A DNA stretch of 64,000 nt from Candidatus Dojkabacteria bacterium. GTDB lineage: Bacteria > Patescibacteriota > Dojkabacteria > B142 > JAFGFJ01. The position numbers and the translations under genes were made by a program. Positions 1 to 7,928 of this stretch are shown here, piece after piece. The DNA lies in contig JAFGFJ010000005.1 in NCBI GenBank assembly GCA_016931155.1, forward strand, positions 1,547-65,546. Direction: 5' to 3'. Every line of letters begins with the position of its first letter. Within the stretch, counting starts at the first letter, position 1. The notes beneath the pieces were generated by a model. That model ran no database searches and was not told where the DNA came from. It saw only the letters and a program-made list of their open reading frames with translations.

Positions 1-159
1 CTCAAGTGACCTGTAAAATGCCATTTTGCTGAATTCTTCATTCTTCTTCTCTCTCCAGGAGATACTTCTCTCTACTTCACTTCCTATATTTGCCATTTGT
101 TCAAGGAAGGGCATTTTACGCCACTTTCCTGCGGCAAGCTCCTTATGCTGGTTGTTCAT
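1..159 (-). CDS. Hypothetical protein, 5' part only; the gene continues beyond the window start. N-terminus reads MNNQHKELAAGKWRKMPFLEQMANIGSEVERSISWREK.
   Basis: Minus-strand ATG at 159..157 overlaps the TGA stop of the upstream 156..500 gene as ATGA, suggesting translational coupling. The reading frame stays open to position 1. No family recognised. Confidence 0.35.
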   Translation of the reverse strand, partial: MNNQHKELAAGKWRKMPFLEQMANIGSEVERSISWREKKNEEFSKMAFYRSLE

Positions 160-500
160 TCTTTAACAAGTTTATTTACAATACTGATGATTTTTTCCTG
201 GATCCCGGGATTGTCAACGCCTCGGCTTAGGTTGTTCTGTGTAGGTCTAAGGTTTATCATTGAATCAAATTCTATTCTTTTATCCTTGCTCAGACTGGGA
301 TAAATATTTATTCCCCACAGATTATCTTGACTTGATTCTTCTTCAAGCAATAAAGCTTCTTCATCAGAGTGCAATTCCCCGCCAATTGCCATTATTTCTT
401 TTTCAATATCGACAACAGCCTTAACAAGATTTCCAAAGGATTTTTCTGCCTGTTCTTTAAGCTCGTCGAGAGTTATTGTGTTTCTGATAATCTGAATCAT
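156..500 (-). CDS. Conserved hypothetical protein, 114 aa, acidic
   Basis: Clean ORF with non-repetitive composition. Its stop overlaps the start of the downstream minus-strand gene. No motif I can assign with confidence. Confidence 0.45.
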   Translation of the reverse strand: MIQIIRNTITLDELKEQAEKSFGNLVKAVVDIEKEIMAIGGELHSDEEALLLEEESSQDNLWGINIYPSLSKDKRIEFDSMINLRPTQNNLSRGVDNPGIQEKIISIVNKLVKE

Positions 501-574
501 TGTGAAATTATATTAGCATATTCTTTTCTTCTTCAAACCAAATTACTCTATCAAAGTAAGTTTTTGATGGCTGG

Positions 575-700
575 AGTGTGCGATGTGGTGTGATGTGGTG
601 CGATGTGATGTGGTGCGATGTGAAGGTAGTGTGAAAGTGGGGAGAAGTGATGTGTTTGCTGTGCTGTATTGTTAGGGTATTTGATGTGTTGGGCTTTTAC
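575..700. repeat. C-depleted GT-rich tract with an imperfect ~10-nt tandem repeat, about 4 copies at 578..625. It lies in the divergent intergenic region upstream of the Type IIG RM gene.
   Basis: Direct reading shows gtgcgatgtg / gtgtgatgtg / gtgcgatgtg / (atgtg) / gtgcgatgtg followed by more GT-rich sequence. Cytosine is nearly absent over ~125 nt in an otherwise AT-rich genome. Confidence 0.6.
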
Positions 701-754
701 ATTGCATTGTAAGGATATGGGCAAGGGAGTAAAATTAGGATTAATAATCAATTT

Positions 755-3700
755 ATGGTCACGAAAGAGATCTTCAAACGAAAACTTCAGAACCTGGTCG
801 AAAGATTTCAGAAATTTGAAATTGAGAACAAAAGATCAATTTATAACGAAACGCTTGCAAGACGTGATTTCATTGATCCGTTTTTTGAAGCTCTTGGCTG
901 GGATATAGACAACAGGAAAGGTCTCTCTTTCGACTCCCGGGAAGTTATACATGAGGATCAGCTTAAAATACAAGGTAAGTTTAAAGCTCCTGACTACTGT
1001 TTCAGAATTGATGGGAGAAGAAAATTCTTTGTGGAGGCAAAGAAACCCTCGATAGATATTAAACGGGGATTCTCAGAGTCGCTTCAGCTCAGACGCTATG
1101 GCTGGAATGGTGAGACTTCTCTTTCTATCCTTACCGATTTTGAGGAACTTGCTATTTATGATACGAGGATTAAACCAAAGCTTTCCGACACTTCCAAAAT
1201 TGCAAGAATTGAATACATAAAATACACAGAATATTTGGATAAATGGGAGCATATTTACGATATTTTCTCGAAAGAAGCAGTCGAAGGCGGGAAATTTGAT
1301 GAATTCATTGGTAAGCCAATTAAAGGAGTACTCAGTGTTGATAAGGACTTTCTCGAAACTATTAGCAATTGGAGAAACTGGTTAGCGAAAGATATTGCTA
1401 CAAATAACAAGAAAATAACCATAGAGAACCTGAACCTTACTGTTCAGAAGCTGATCGATAGAATTATCTTTTTAAGGATTGCAGAAGATAGAGGTTTGGA
1501 AGAATATGGGAATTTGCAAAATTTAATCAAATACAAAGACTCCTACAAAAGACTTGTAGAACATTTTGTGGTAGCTAATAAGAAATACGATAGTAATTTA
1601 TTCGAATTTGAAAGTGGATTGACCCCGAATTTGAAAATATCGGATAAGATTTTGGATAAAATATTAGATGATCTCTACTACCCTACTTCACCGTATGAAT
1701 TTTCTGTAATTGGTGTTGAATTGCTAGGAAAAATTTACGAGCAATTTTTAGGAAAAGTAATCAGGCTAACTTCCTCACACAATGCTGTAGTTGAAGAAAA
1801 ACCTGAGGTTAGAAAAGCTGGAGGCGTATACTACACTCCAAAGTATATTGTCGAATATATTGTCAAAAATACAGTTGGGGAGCTTGTTAAAGGAAAGACT
1901 CCAAAGCAAATTGAAAAAATAAAAATAGTTGATCCAGCGTGTGGTAGTGGAAGCTTTCTTATTGGAGCATATGATTATTTGCTGGATTACCATTTAAATT
2001 ACTATATGAAATCCAATCCTTCACAATACAAAAAGGAAGTTTTTAAAGACTCTTTAGGAAACTGGCTTCTAACTACTTTAGAAAAGAGGAAGATCCTTCT
2101 CAATAATATTTATGGTGTAGATATAGATAGACAGGCAGTTGAGGTGACGAAGCTGAGTTTATCTCTAAAAATGCTTGAAAACGAAAATAGAGAAACGATA
2201 AATCAGCAGCTAAAAATTTTTGCAGAAAGAATTCTTCCAGACCTTGAGGGTAATATCAAGTGTGGGAACTCACTAATTGGGAGTGATTATTGGGATGATA
2301 AGGATTTGAGTAAAGTAACTGAGGAAGAAATAAGAAAGGTAAATTCATTCGATTGGAAAAAAGAGTTTAGTGAAGTGTTTAAGCAAGGAGGGTTTGATGG
2401 GGTGATAGGGAATCCGCCGTATATTAAGATTCAGGGACTACAGGAATTTGCACCTGAACAAGTCTCATACTTGAAAAGTACATATGAGTCAGCCTCTAAA
2501 GGGAATATAGACATCTATGTAATGTTTTTGGAGAAGTCGCTTAAATTGCTCAACAAAACGGGACTTTCTGGCTTTATCTTACCACATAAATTCTTCCAAG
2601 CAGATTTCGGGTCTATGGTCAGGAGAATCATAAGTACAGGAAAATCTGTTAGAAAAGTACTAAGTTTTAGGGAAAAGCAAGTATTTACAAACGCAACTAC
2701 ATATACCTGCTTGTTATTTTTATCTGGAAGGCAGAATAAAGTCTTCAATTATTCACAAATACGAGAAAATCAAGACCCCGAAGGGTATCTTAAAAATGTA
2801 AAATTTAATAAATTGACAAGTGATCAACTGGATCATGATAAGTGGAATCTTACTAACCTGGAAACAAAATCTGTTTTAGATAAGTTAAATCGAAATACTA
2901 TTACGCTTGGTGACATCACTGAGAAAATTTTTGTTGGTTTACAGACAAGTGCTGATAAAATATACGTCTTAGAGATTTTGGGAGAGGATACAGATAACTA
3001 CAGACTGTTTTCGAAGAGTTTAGGAAGGGAGGAAATTTTAGAAAAAGGTCTTTGTAAGAAATTCCTAATGGGGAAAGAAGTCCACAGATACCAACCCTTG
3101 ACTGCAAAGAACGTTGTTATTTTTCCATATAAGTTAAATAAGAATGAACCTGAACTTATGCCACTAGACTACATACGTTTAAATTTCCCAAAAGGTTATG
3201 AATATATACTAAGAAATAAGGAAGAACTTGAGAGAAGAGAAAAAAGCAAATTCAAAGATAGCTGGTGGTGTTTTGGTAGGCCACAGAACTTACACGACTT
3301 TGATAAGGAGAAAATAGTGATGCCAGATATCTCTGTTAAACCCGAACTCACTTATGATGAGAGCAACTTGTATCATACGACGACAGTTTATAGCGTTCTC
3401 TTCAAGGAAATTAAGGAAGATCCGATCTATGTGCTTGGTGTATTAAATTCAAGCCTTTTTTGGTTCTTTATCAAAAATACTGGAACAGTTTTACGCGGTG
3501 ACTATATACGATTTAAGACAAATTATTTAAAACCATTTCCAATTAGATTAATTAATTTCCATAACAATGAAGAAAAAACAACTCATAACGATATCGTTAA
3601 AATGGTAAGACAAATTCTTAGTCTAAAAAAAGAGTTGATTTCAAATATGTCAAATTTGCAGAAGAAACTTAGTGAGAAGAGGATTGATAACTTGGAGATG

Positions 3701-3775
3701 AAGATCAATCAGGATGTTTATAAATTGTATAAATTAACAGAAACAGAAATAGGTATTATTGAGAAATCATTATGA
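755..3775 (+). CDS. Type IIG restriction-modification enzyme: PD-(D/E)xK endonuclease fused to a gamma-class N6-adenine DNA methyltransferase and a target-recognition region (MmeI/Eco57I-like single chain)
   Basis: N-terminal PD...D...EAK motif (APDYCFRIDGRRKFFVEAKKP). Motif X GGVYYTPKYIVEYIV, SAM-binding motif I DPACGSGSFLIGA, and catalytic motif IV GNPPYIKIQ. Length 1006 aa with a long C-terminal TRD-like region. Confidence 0.85.
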   Translation: MVTKEIFKRKLQNLVERFQKFEIENKRSIYNETLARRDFIDPFFEALGWDIDNRKGLSFDSREVIHEDQLKIQGKFKAPDYCFRIDGRRKFFVEAKKPSIDIKRGFSESLQLRRYGWNGETSLSILTDFEELAIYDTRIKPKLSDTSKIARIEYIKYTEYLDKWEHIYDIFSKEAVEGGKFDEFIGKPIKGVLSVDKDFLETISNWRNWLAKDIATNNKKITIENLNLTVQKLIDRIIFLRIAEDRGLEEYGNLQNLIKYKDSYKRLVEHFVVANKKYDSNLFEFESGLTPNLKISDKILDKILDDLYYPTSPYEFSVIGVELLGKIYEQFLGKVIRLTSSHNAVVEEKPEVRKAGGVYYTPKYIVEYIVKNTVGELVKGKTPKQIEKIKIVDPACGSGSFLIGAYDYLLDYHLNYYMKSNPSQYKKEVFKDSLGNWLLTTLEKRKILLNNIYGVDIDRQAVEVTKLSLSLKMLENENRETINQQLKIFAERILPDLEGNIKCGNSLIGSDYWDDKDLSKVTEEEIRKVNSFDWKKEFSEVFKQGGFDGVIGNPPYIKIQGLQEFAPEQVSYLKSTYESASKGNIDIYVMFLEKSLKLLNKTGLSGFILPHKFFQADFGSMVRRIISTGKSVRKVLSFREKQVFTNATTYTCLLFLSGRQNKVFNYSQIRENQDPEGYLKNVKFNKLTSDQLDHDKWNLTNLETKSVLDKLNRNTITLGDITEKIFVGLQTSADKIYVLEILGEDTDNYRLFSKSLGREEILEKGLCKKFLMGKEVHRYQPLTAKNVVIFPYKLNKNEPELMPLDYIRLNFPKGYEYILRNKEELERREKSKFKDSWWCFGRPQNLHDFDKEKIVMPDISVKPELTYDESNLYHTTTVYSVLFKEIKEDPIYVLGVLNSSLFWFFIKNTGTVLRGDYIRFKTNYLKPFPIRLINFHNNEEKTTHNDIVKMVRQILSLKKELISNMSNLQKKLSEKRIDNLEMKINQDVYKLYKLTETEIGIIEKSL

Positions 3776-4473
3776 AAAACATAAAAGATGTAATAGGAAA
3801 AGGAAGCTCTAAGCTATTACAGAGCCACTTAATACAAAGGATTATCGACTTCGTTTTTTCCTTTAGCATAATGATCGTTGCCTATTTGCTTATTATCAAA
3901 TTGATTCAGCTTTTGACCAAAACTAGCCTTAGTTTTGACGATTCTGATAAACAAAACCTAGTACAAATTGCTTTATTAGCAGGACTGTTTGCGACGGTGA
4001 GAGAAGCAATAGCAAACAGACAAGAAGCAGTCAAACTAAGAGAATCTGAAGAAACACCTATTCTTACCATGCACATCAGGACGGTTGATATAAATGAGCT
4101 TAAAAAACATGGTCTTGATGGTTGGGATTTTTATAATATTGGTGAAAATATTTATAAATATATAGTTATTAGAAACACGGGGAAAGGTACAGCCCTTAAT
4201 CTCAAAGTTAATCCTATTGATAATCGAAACATGGAGTTTGCTGAATTTAAGAATTACGTCATTGCTCCTGGATCGGATGAGGTAGCAATTAAGCTAAAAA
4301 ACAAACCTGTAGATCAGAAAGAACTAAACGGGGTTCAGTATAAAATTGAAACTGAGACTATTTCAGGCAAAAAGTGGTTTTACAGATCAGAGATTAGAGA
4401 TGTAGAAAAAAATTACATTATGTTTGTAAAGATGACGGACAAAGAAGGAGAATTAATGAAAAACAATATCTAA
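3772..4473 (+). CDS. Hypothetical membrane-anchored protein, 233 aa: N-terminal TM helix plus a beta-rich soluble domain, embedded between two restriction genes
   Basis: ATG overlaps the RM gene stop (ATGA). The hydrophobic N-terminal segment is FVFSFSIMIVAYLLIIKLIQLL. No recognisable catalytic motif. Confidence 0.5.
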   Translation: MKNIKDVIGKGSSKLLQSHLIQRIIDFVFSFSIMIVAYLLIIKLIQLLTKTSLSFDDSDKQNLVQIALLAGLFATVREAIANRQEAVKLRESEETPILTMHIRTVDINELKKHGLDGWDFYNIGENIYKYIVIRNTGKGTALNLKVNPIDNRNMEFAEFKNYVIAPGSDEVAIKLKNKPVDQKELNGVQYKIETETISGKKWFYRSEIRDVEKNYIMFVKMTDKEGELMKNNI

Positions 4474-4489
4474 TTATTAAATTATATAA

Positions 4490-5368
4490 ATGTCAAAATC
4501 AAAAGAGGTAGCCATAAAAACTCTCTACAAAGTGTTCGAGATACTCAAAAGGAATAATAATCAACTGCCTGGTAAGGAGGTTCTAGCGCAAATAGAAAAA
4601 GAGGTAGAATTTACCGATTGGGAGAAAGAAAGATATGAGAAAACTGGATATATCAGATGGCAATCGATTATCCATTTTTATACTATAGATGCAATAAAAT
4701 CTGGACACTTATATAAGAAAAATGGCATTTGGTATTTAACTGAAGAGGGGGCAAAAGCTATGAAACTCGGACCAGAGAAGCTTTTCGAAAGTGCAAGGGA
4801 GGGCTATAAGAAATGGGCATCAGAGCGACCTGATGAAGTAGGAAGTGGTGAGCATGAAGATACGAGTCAGAGCCAGAAGGCGAACCTAGAACAACTCGAG
4901 GAGCAAGCATTTTTACAACTTGAAGATTATATTCGTTCATTAAACCCCTATGAATTTCAAGATATTGTAGCCGCTTTATTAAGAGGTATGGGTTACTACA
5001 CACCATTCGTAGCTCCAAGAGGAAAGGATAATGGAATTGATATTATTGCCTACAAAGATCCTATAGGTACGGAGAAACCGATAATAAAAGTTCAAGTAAA
5101 ACATCACCCTGATAGTTCGGTACAGTCTCAGGATATACAAAAACTCAAAGGTACTTTATCGCATGATGAAGAAGTCGGAATCTTTGTAACATCTGGGAAA
5201 TTTTCCTCCGGTGCCATTCGAGAAGCAAGAATGTCAAAATTGCATATAGAGACGATTGATTTTACGAGATTTGTTGAATTATGGAAGCAATTTTACAATA
5301 AGCTTTCTGATGAAGATAAAAATTTATTGCCGTTACATCCAATTTACTTCCTTGGTACGAATGAATAA
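4490..5368 (+). CDS. mrr: Mrr-like Type IV (modification-dependent) restriction endonuclease: Mrr_N winged-helix domain plus Mrr catalytic domain
   Basis: C-terminal Mrr_cat signature: YEFQDIVAALLRGMGY, GKDNGIDIIAY, and IIKVQVKHH (D...QxK), then GIFVTSGKFSSGA. N-terminal wH-like region WQSIIHFYTIDAIKSGHLYKKNGIWYLTEEG. Confidence 0.8.
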   Translation: MSKSKEVAIKTLYKVFEILKRNNNQLPGKEVLAQIEKEVEFTDWEKERYEKTGYIRWQSIIHFYTIDAIKSGHLYKKNGIWYLTEEGAKAMKLGPEKLFESAREGYKKWASERPDEVGSGEHEDTSQSQKANLEQLEEQAFLQLEDYIRSLNPYEFQDIVAALLRGMGYYTPFVAPRGKDNGIDIIAYKDPIGTEKPIIKVQVKHHPDSSVQSQDIQKLKGTLSHDEEVGIFVTSGKFSSGAIREARMSKLHIETIDFTRFVELWKQFYNKLSDEDKNLLPLHPIYFLGTNE

Positions 5369-5504
5369 AACCTTTTAAGGAAAAACTCTAACTAATGAGG
5401 ATATTGAGTATTAACAAAAGATTATTATTGCACTTGTAGAAAAGAAATAGGGGTCAAGTCGCCTACTCCTTCTCTTAACCCCTATGAAGTTTAATAAATT
5501 ATTT

Positions 5505-5804
5505 CTAAATATTTCTTTTTAAACAATCTGGAAGATTTACTAAATTATCTTCTTTTTTGCTATTTGGATCACTTCGTAGATACCACTCATCTGTTTTATC
5601 ATGTGGTATCCATTTGCAATCAACTCTCGTATTATTCTTTATGTTATAACAAATAAATGTATCAGTATTTCTATATACCTGATTACTAAATGATGTTTTA
5701 GATATTATTGTGTATCTATTTGATCCATCGTTGTTGTATCCGTAATGAGTGATCTCACTTTCAAGGTCACCATTTTTGGTTGTTGCTATAATAAAATATT
5801 TCAT
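5505..5804 (-). CDS. Hypothetical small protein, 99 aa
   Basis: ORF only. No signal peptide and no motif recognised. Confidence 0.3.
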   Translation of the reverse strand: MKYFIIATTKNGDLESEITHYGYNNDGSNRYTIISKTSFSNQVYRNTDTFICYNIKNNTRVDCKWIPHDKTDEWYLRSDPNSKKEDNLVNLPDCLKRNI

Positions 5805-5983
5805 TTGATTTTATTAAAAATTATAATTTGTTTACTTTTTTACAAAGTCGCATACATTATGACTTGCAAACTCTTTGAAATTAATCAATAATTAATTTGA
5901 TTCAAGGGGACTCTTCGAGATTGCTGAAGAGTTCTCTTTTTTATTCATTCATAATAGTTTATTAATAAATAAAATAAGGCAAC

Positions 5984-6006
5984 AAAAAACCGCCTTTTCT
6001 GGCGGT
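5984..6006 (-). terminator. Rho-independent terminator on the minus strand: GC stem accgcc/ggcggt with a 6-nt loop, followed by UUUUUU
   Basis: Plus strand reads aaaaaa-ccgcc-ttttct-ggcgg. The minus-strand reading gives the stem-loop followed by a T6 run. It lies ~335 nt downstream of the heliorhodopsin stop. Confidence 0.5.
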
Positions 6007-6340
6007 CTGTATGTGAATTTAATCTCCTTCTATTGTTAAAGCAATAAATATAATTAAAATTCACTGACTACCCACCAGTAGCTCATAAGTGGCAAAACTT
6101 GTGAGACTGGCTGATTATATATACTGAAACTTACTTGTGCAACACAATCTTTAGATGTGTACTTTATTTATTATAAAGCCTTTTCTGGTATAATGTATCA
6201 AATCTTTGTACAGTCTTTGATGTTAAATAAATTGAAAAACAAAGATATTTCTTCAACGACTAACACGATCAGGTCTGATTGCTGCTAGGTTTCTTATTAC
6301 ATAGCTTCTAGTAGTCAGATTTTCAAATCAGATTTAGCCT

Positions 6341-7141
6341 TTACACCGGCCTCAATGTCCCTGCAAACACCTGCCAGGCAAGGAGGCTTTTGGCAACCAA
6401 GCTCAAAATTATATATACCTTTTCTCCCCATAAATAATCCTTCCACTTCCCTACTCTTCTGTACTGAAGAAACATATTTATCGCAAAGACGTTGAAGAAC
6501 AGGAAAATACTGAAGAATATATAATAAACAAAATCCGGAGCCTTGGATTCACCTTCTCCTGAACCAAAAAGATAAAGTGCTACAACTACCCATGGGACTA
6601 TCCCTGCAAAACATCCCATTATAAATGCTGTCCAGTTGGTCTTTTTCGTTGTCTGGTTGTGAACTTCCATCACCCATCCAAACAGAATCATCGTTGCATT
6701 TAAGCTAAACATCAAAAGCAAAGAACTGAAATCATAAACGCCAACGAGAAGAGCTATTACGACTATCATTACAGATGAGCTGAATGAATATTCAATCCAC
6801 CTTGCATAATTGATCCCTTTTTCTAGATTTCGTTTGTACCATTCATAAATCCCGGGCAGAGAAATTGTAAAATGAGCGATTGCAGAAAGAAATAGAAAAC
6901 CTGCAACAAGATAACCAAGTTTGACCTGTGTTAATTGCTCAACACTTGGGATAAGAGTAAAAGTAGCTTCATCAAGCTTGAGGTAACTGGTGTTTACAGG
7001 AAGCTTAAAATCATTTGTAAGAATGACCATTAAGATGCCTTGAAGGAGATGAAATCCTCCCATAAATAGATTAAAGGTTCGAAGGTTTTTCATGAAGAGT
7101 GCGTAAAATGTATACCATAACTCTAAATGATTATTTTTCAA
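6341..7141 (-). CDS. Heliorhodopsin, a 7-TM retinal protein with inverted topology
   Basis: Strong collinear similarity to heliorhodopsin 48C12 as I recall it: FHLLQG, ANDFKLP, RWIEYSFSSSVMIVVIA (counter-ion Glu), NATMILFGW, GIVPW, FLFFN, and LQYRRVGKWKDYLWGEKVYIILSLVAKSLLAWQVF (Schiff-base Lys in SLVAKS). The true start may be the second Met (MKNLRTF). Confidence 0.85.
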   Translation of the reverse strand: MKNNHLELWYTFYALFMKNLRTFNLFMGGFHLLQGILMVILTNDFKLPVNTSYLKLDEATFTLIPSVEQLTQVKLGYLVAGFLFLSAIAHFTISLPGIYEWYKRNLEKGINYARWIEYSFSSSVMIVVIALLVGVYDFSSLLLMFSLNATMILFGWVMEVHNQTTKKTNWTAFIMGCFAGIVPWVVVALYLFGSGEGESKAPDFVYYIFFSIFLFFNVFAINMFLQYRRVGKWKDYLWGEKVYIILSLVAKSLLAWQVFAGTLRPV

Positions 7142-7335
7142 ATCACAAGAAGGTAGAGTACCTGCGAAGAGAGATTAAGCATTTTAATTATTTCCAGAAA
7201 TCTCAATTGAAAAAATCGAAAATGATTTACCGTGTAGTATTGACTATTCAAATTAAACCTCACACAGGAGGGATAAGAGAATTTGACAGATGAAGATGGG
7301 GAAATAATACAAACGGAGAATATTTATTAGAAAGG

Positions 7336-7365
7336 TTGTAGTTAAGTATATAAGTACGCTATAAT
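7336..7365 (+). promoter_or_regulatory. Putative sigma70-like promoter TTGTAG-18nt-TATAAT driving the leader of the 7503 gene
   Basis: Hexamers read directly: ttgtag at 7336-7341 and tataat at 7360-7365. Confidence 0.3.
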
Positions 7366-7410
7366 CTAGTGTTGTGACAAACTCGTTGTTTGACGAAACA
7401 AACTAAATTG

Positions 7411-7440
7411 AAATGCTTCAGTTCTGGAAGCATTTTTTAG
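7411..7440 (+). terminator. Intrinsic terminator or attenuator hairpin (aaatgcttc-agttctg-gaagcattt + UUUUUU) inside the 5' leader of the 7503 gene
   Basis: Perfect 9-bp inverted repeat followed by a T6 run, 60 nt upstream of the ATG at 7503. It is preceded by mutually exclusive small hairpins (caaac 7375-79 / gtttg 7388-92 / caaac 7399-7403). Confidence 0.45.
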
Positions 7441-7502
7441 TGAGTTGTTAATATATAGGTCAAAACCAACAGAGTTGGTTTCTTAAATCATTAAAATATA
7501 CT

Positions 7503-7916
7503 ATGGGTAATGGTTTTGATAATTTTCTTTTCTATGATGACCTCGCTGTACTTGAAATTTTTGAAATTAAATGTTCTGGGGTACATGTAGTAAATGATCC
7601 GGATGAATCAAAAGTACCTGACCGCCCAGATATCCATGAGAATTACAAACCGGAGAAAATGGGCATTTTCACAGCTGCAGATGATAATACAAAAATGTTT
7701 GTGGGTATTACCTGGAGATATGTTGGTGATCCGGAAATTGATTTTGATGCCAAAAAAACTGCTGAACAATTTGCGATTGATAGGTATCATTTATGCAAAA
7801 ATTGTCTTATGAATATTTTGGGGCAATGCTTGGGTCAGAAAGTATCTGTTCACATTGTTGGAGGTATATTATCTATAAGATATACAGCTAGAGTAATAGT
7901 ACTTGATAATAATTAG
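7503..7916 (+). CDS. Hypothetical protein, 137 aa
   Basis: ORF downstream of a promoter/leader/terminator arrangement. No family recognised. Confidence 0.45.
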   Translation: MGNGFDNFLFYDDLAVLEIFEIKCSGVHVVNDPDESKVPDRPDIHENYKPEKMGIFTAADDNTKMFVGITWRYVGDPEIDFDAKKTAEQFAIDRYHLCKNCLMNILGQCLGQKVSVHIVGGILSIRYTARVIVLDNN

Positions 7917-7928
7917 GGTGAAATAGAG

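Noticed and set aside
97-303. 68-aa plus-strand ORF at the window start
   Set aside because: It overlaps, on the opposite strand, the better-supported 156..500 gene and the coupled upstream gene. Its composition is hydrophobic low-complexity. Judged spurious.
551-751. 66-aa minus-strand ORF translating to HHIAPHHIAPHHTTSH
   Set aside because: It is simply the translation of the GT-rich tandem repeat. Its periodic His/Pro content mirrors the DNA repeat, not a protein.
755-3775. Possibility that the large N6-methyltransferase is a BREX PglX
   Set aside because: No brxA/B/C, pglZ or brxL neighbours. The protein has an N-terminal PD-ExK nuclease module typical of stand-alone Type IIG (MmeI-like) enzymes.
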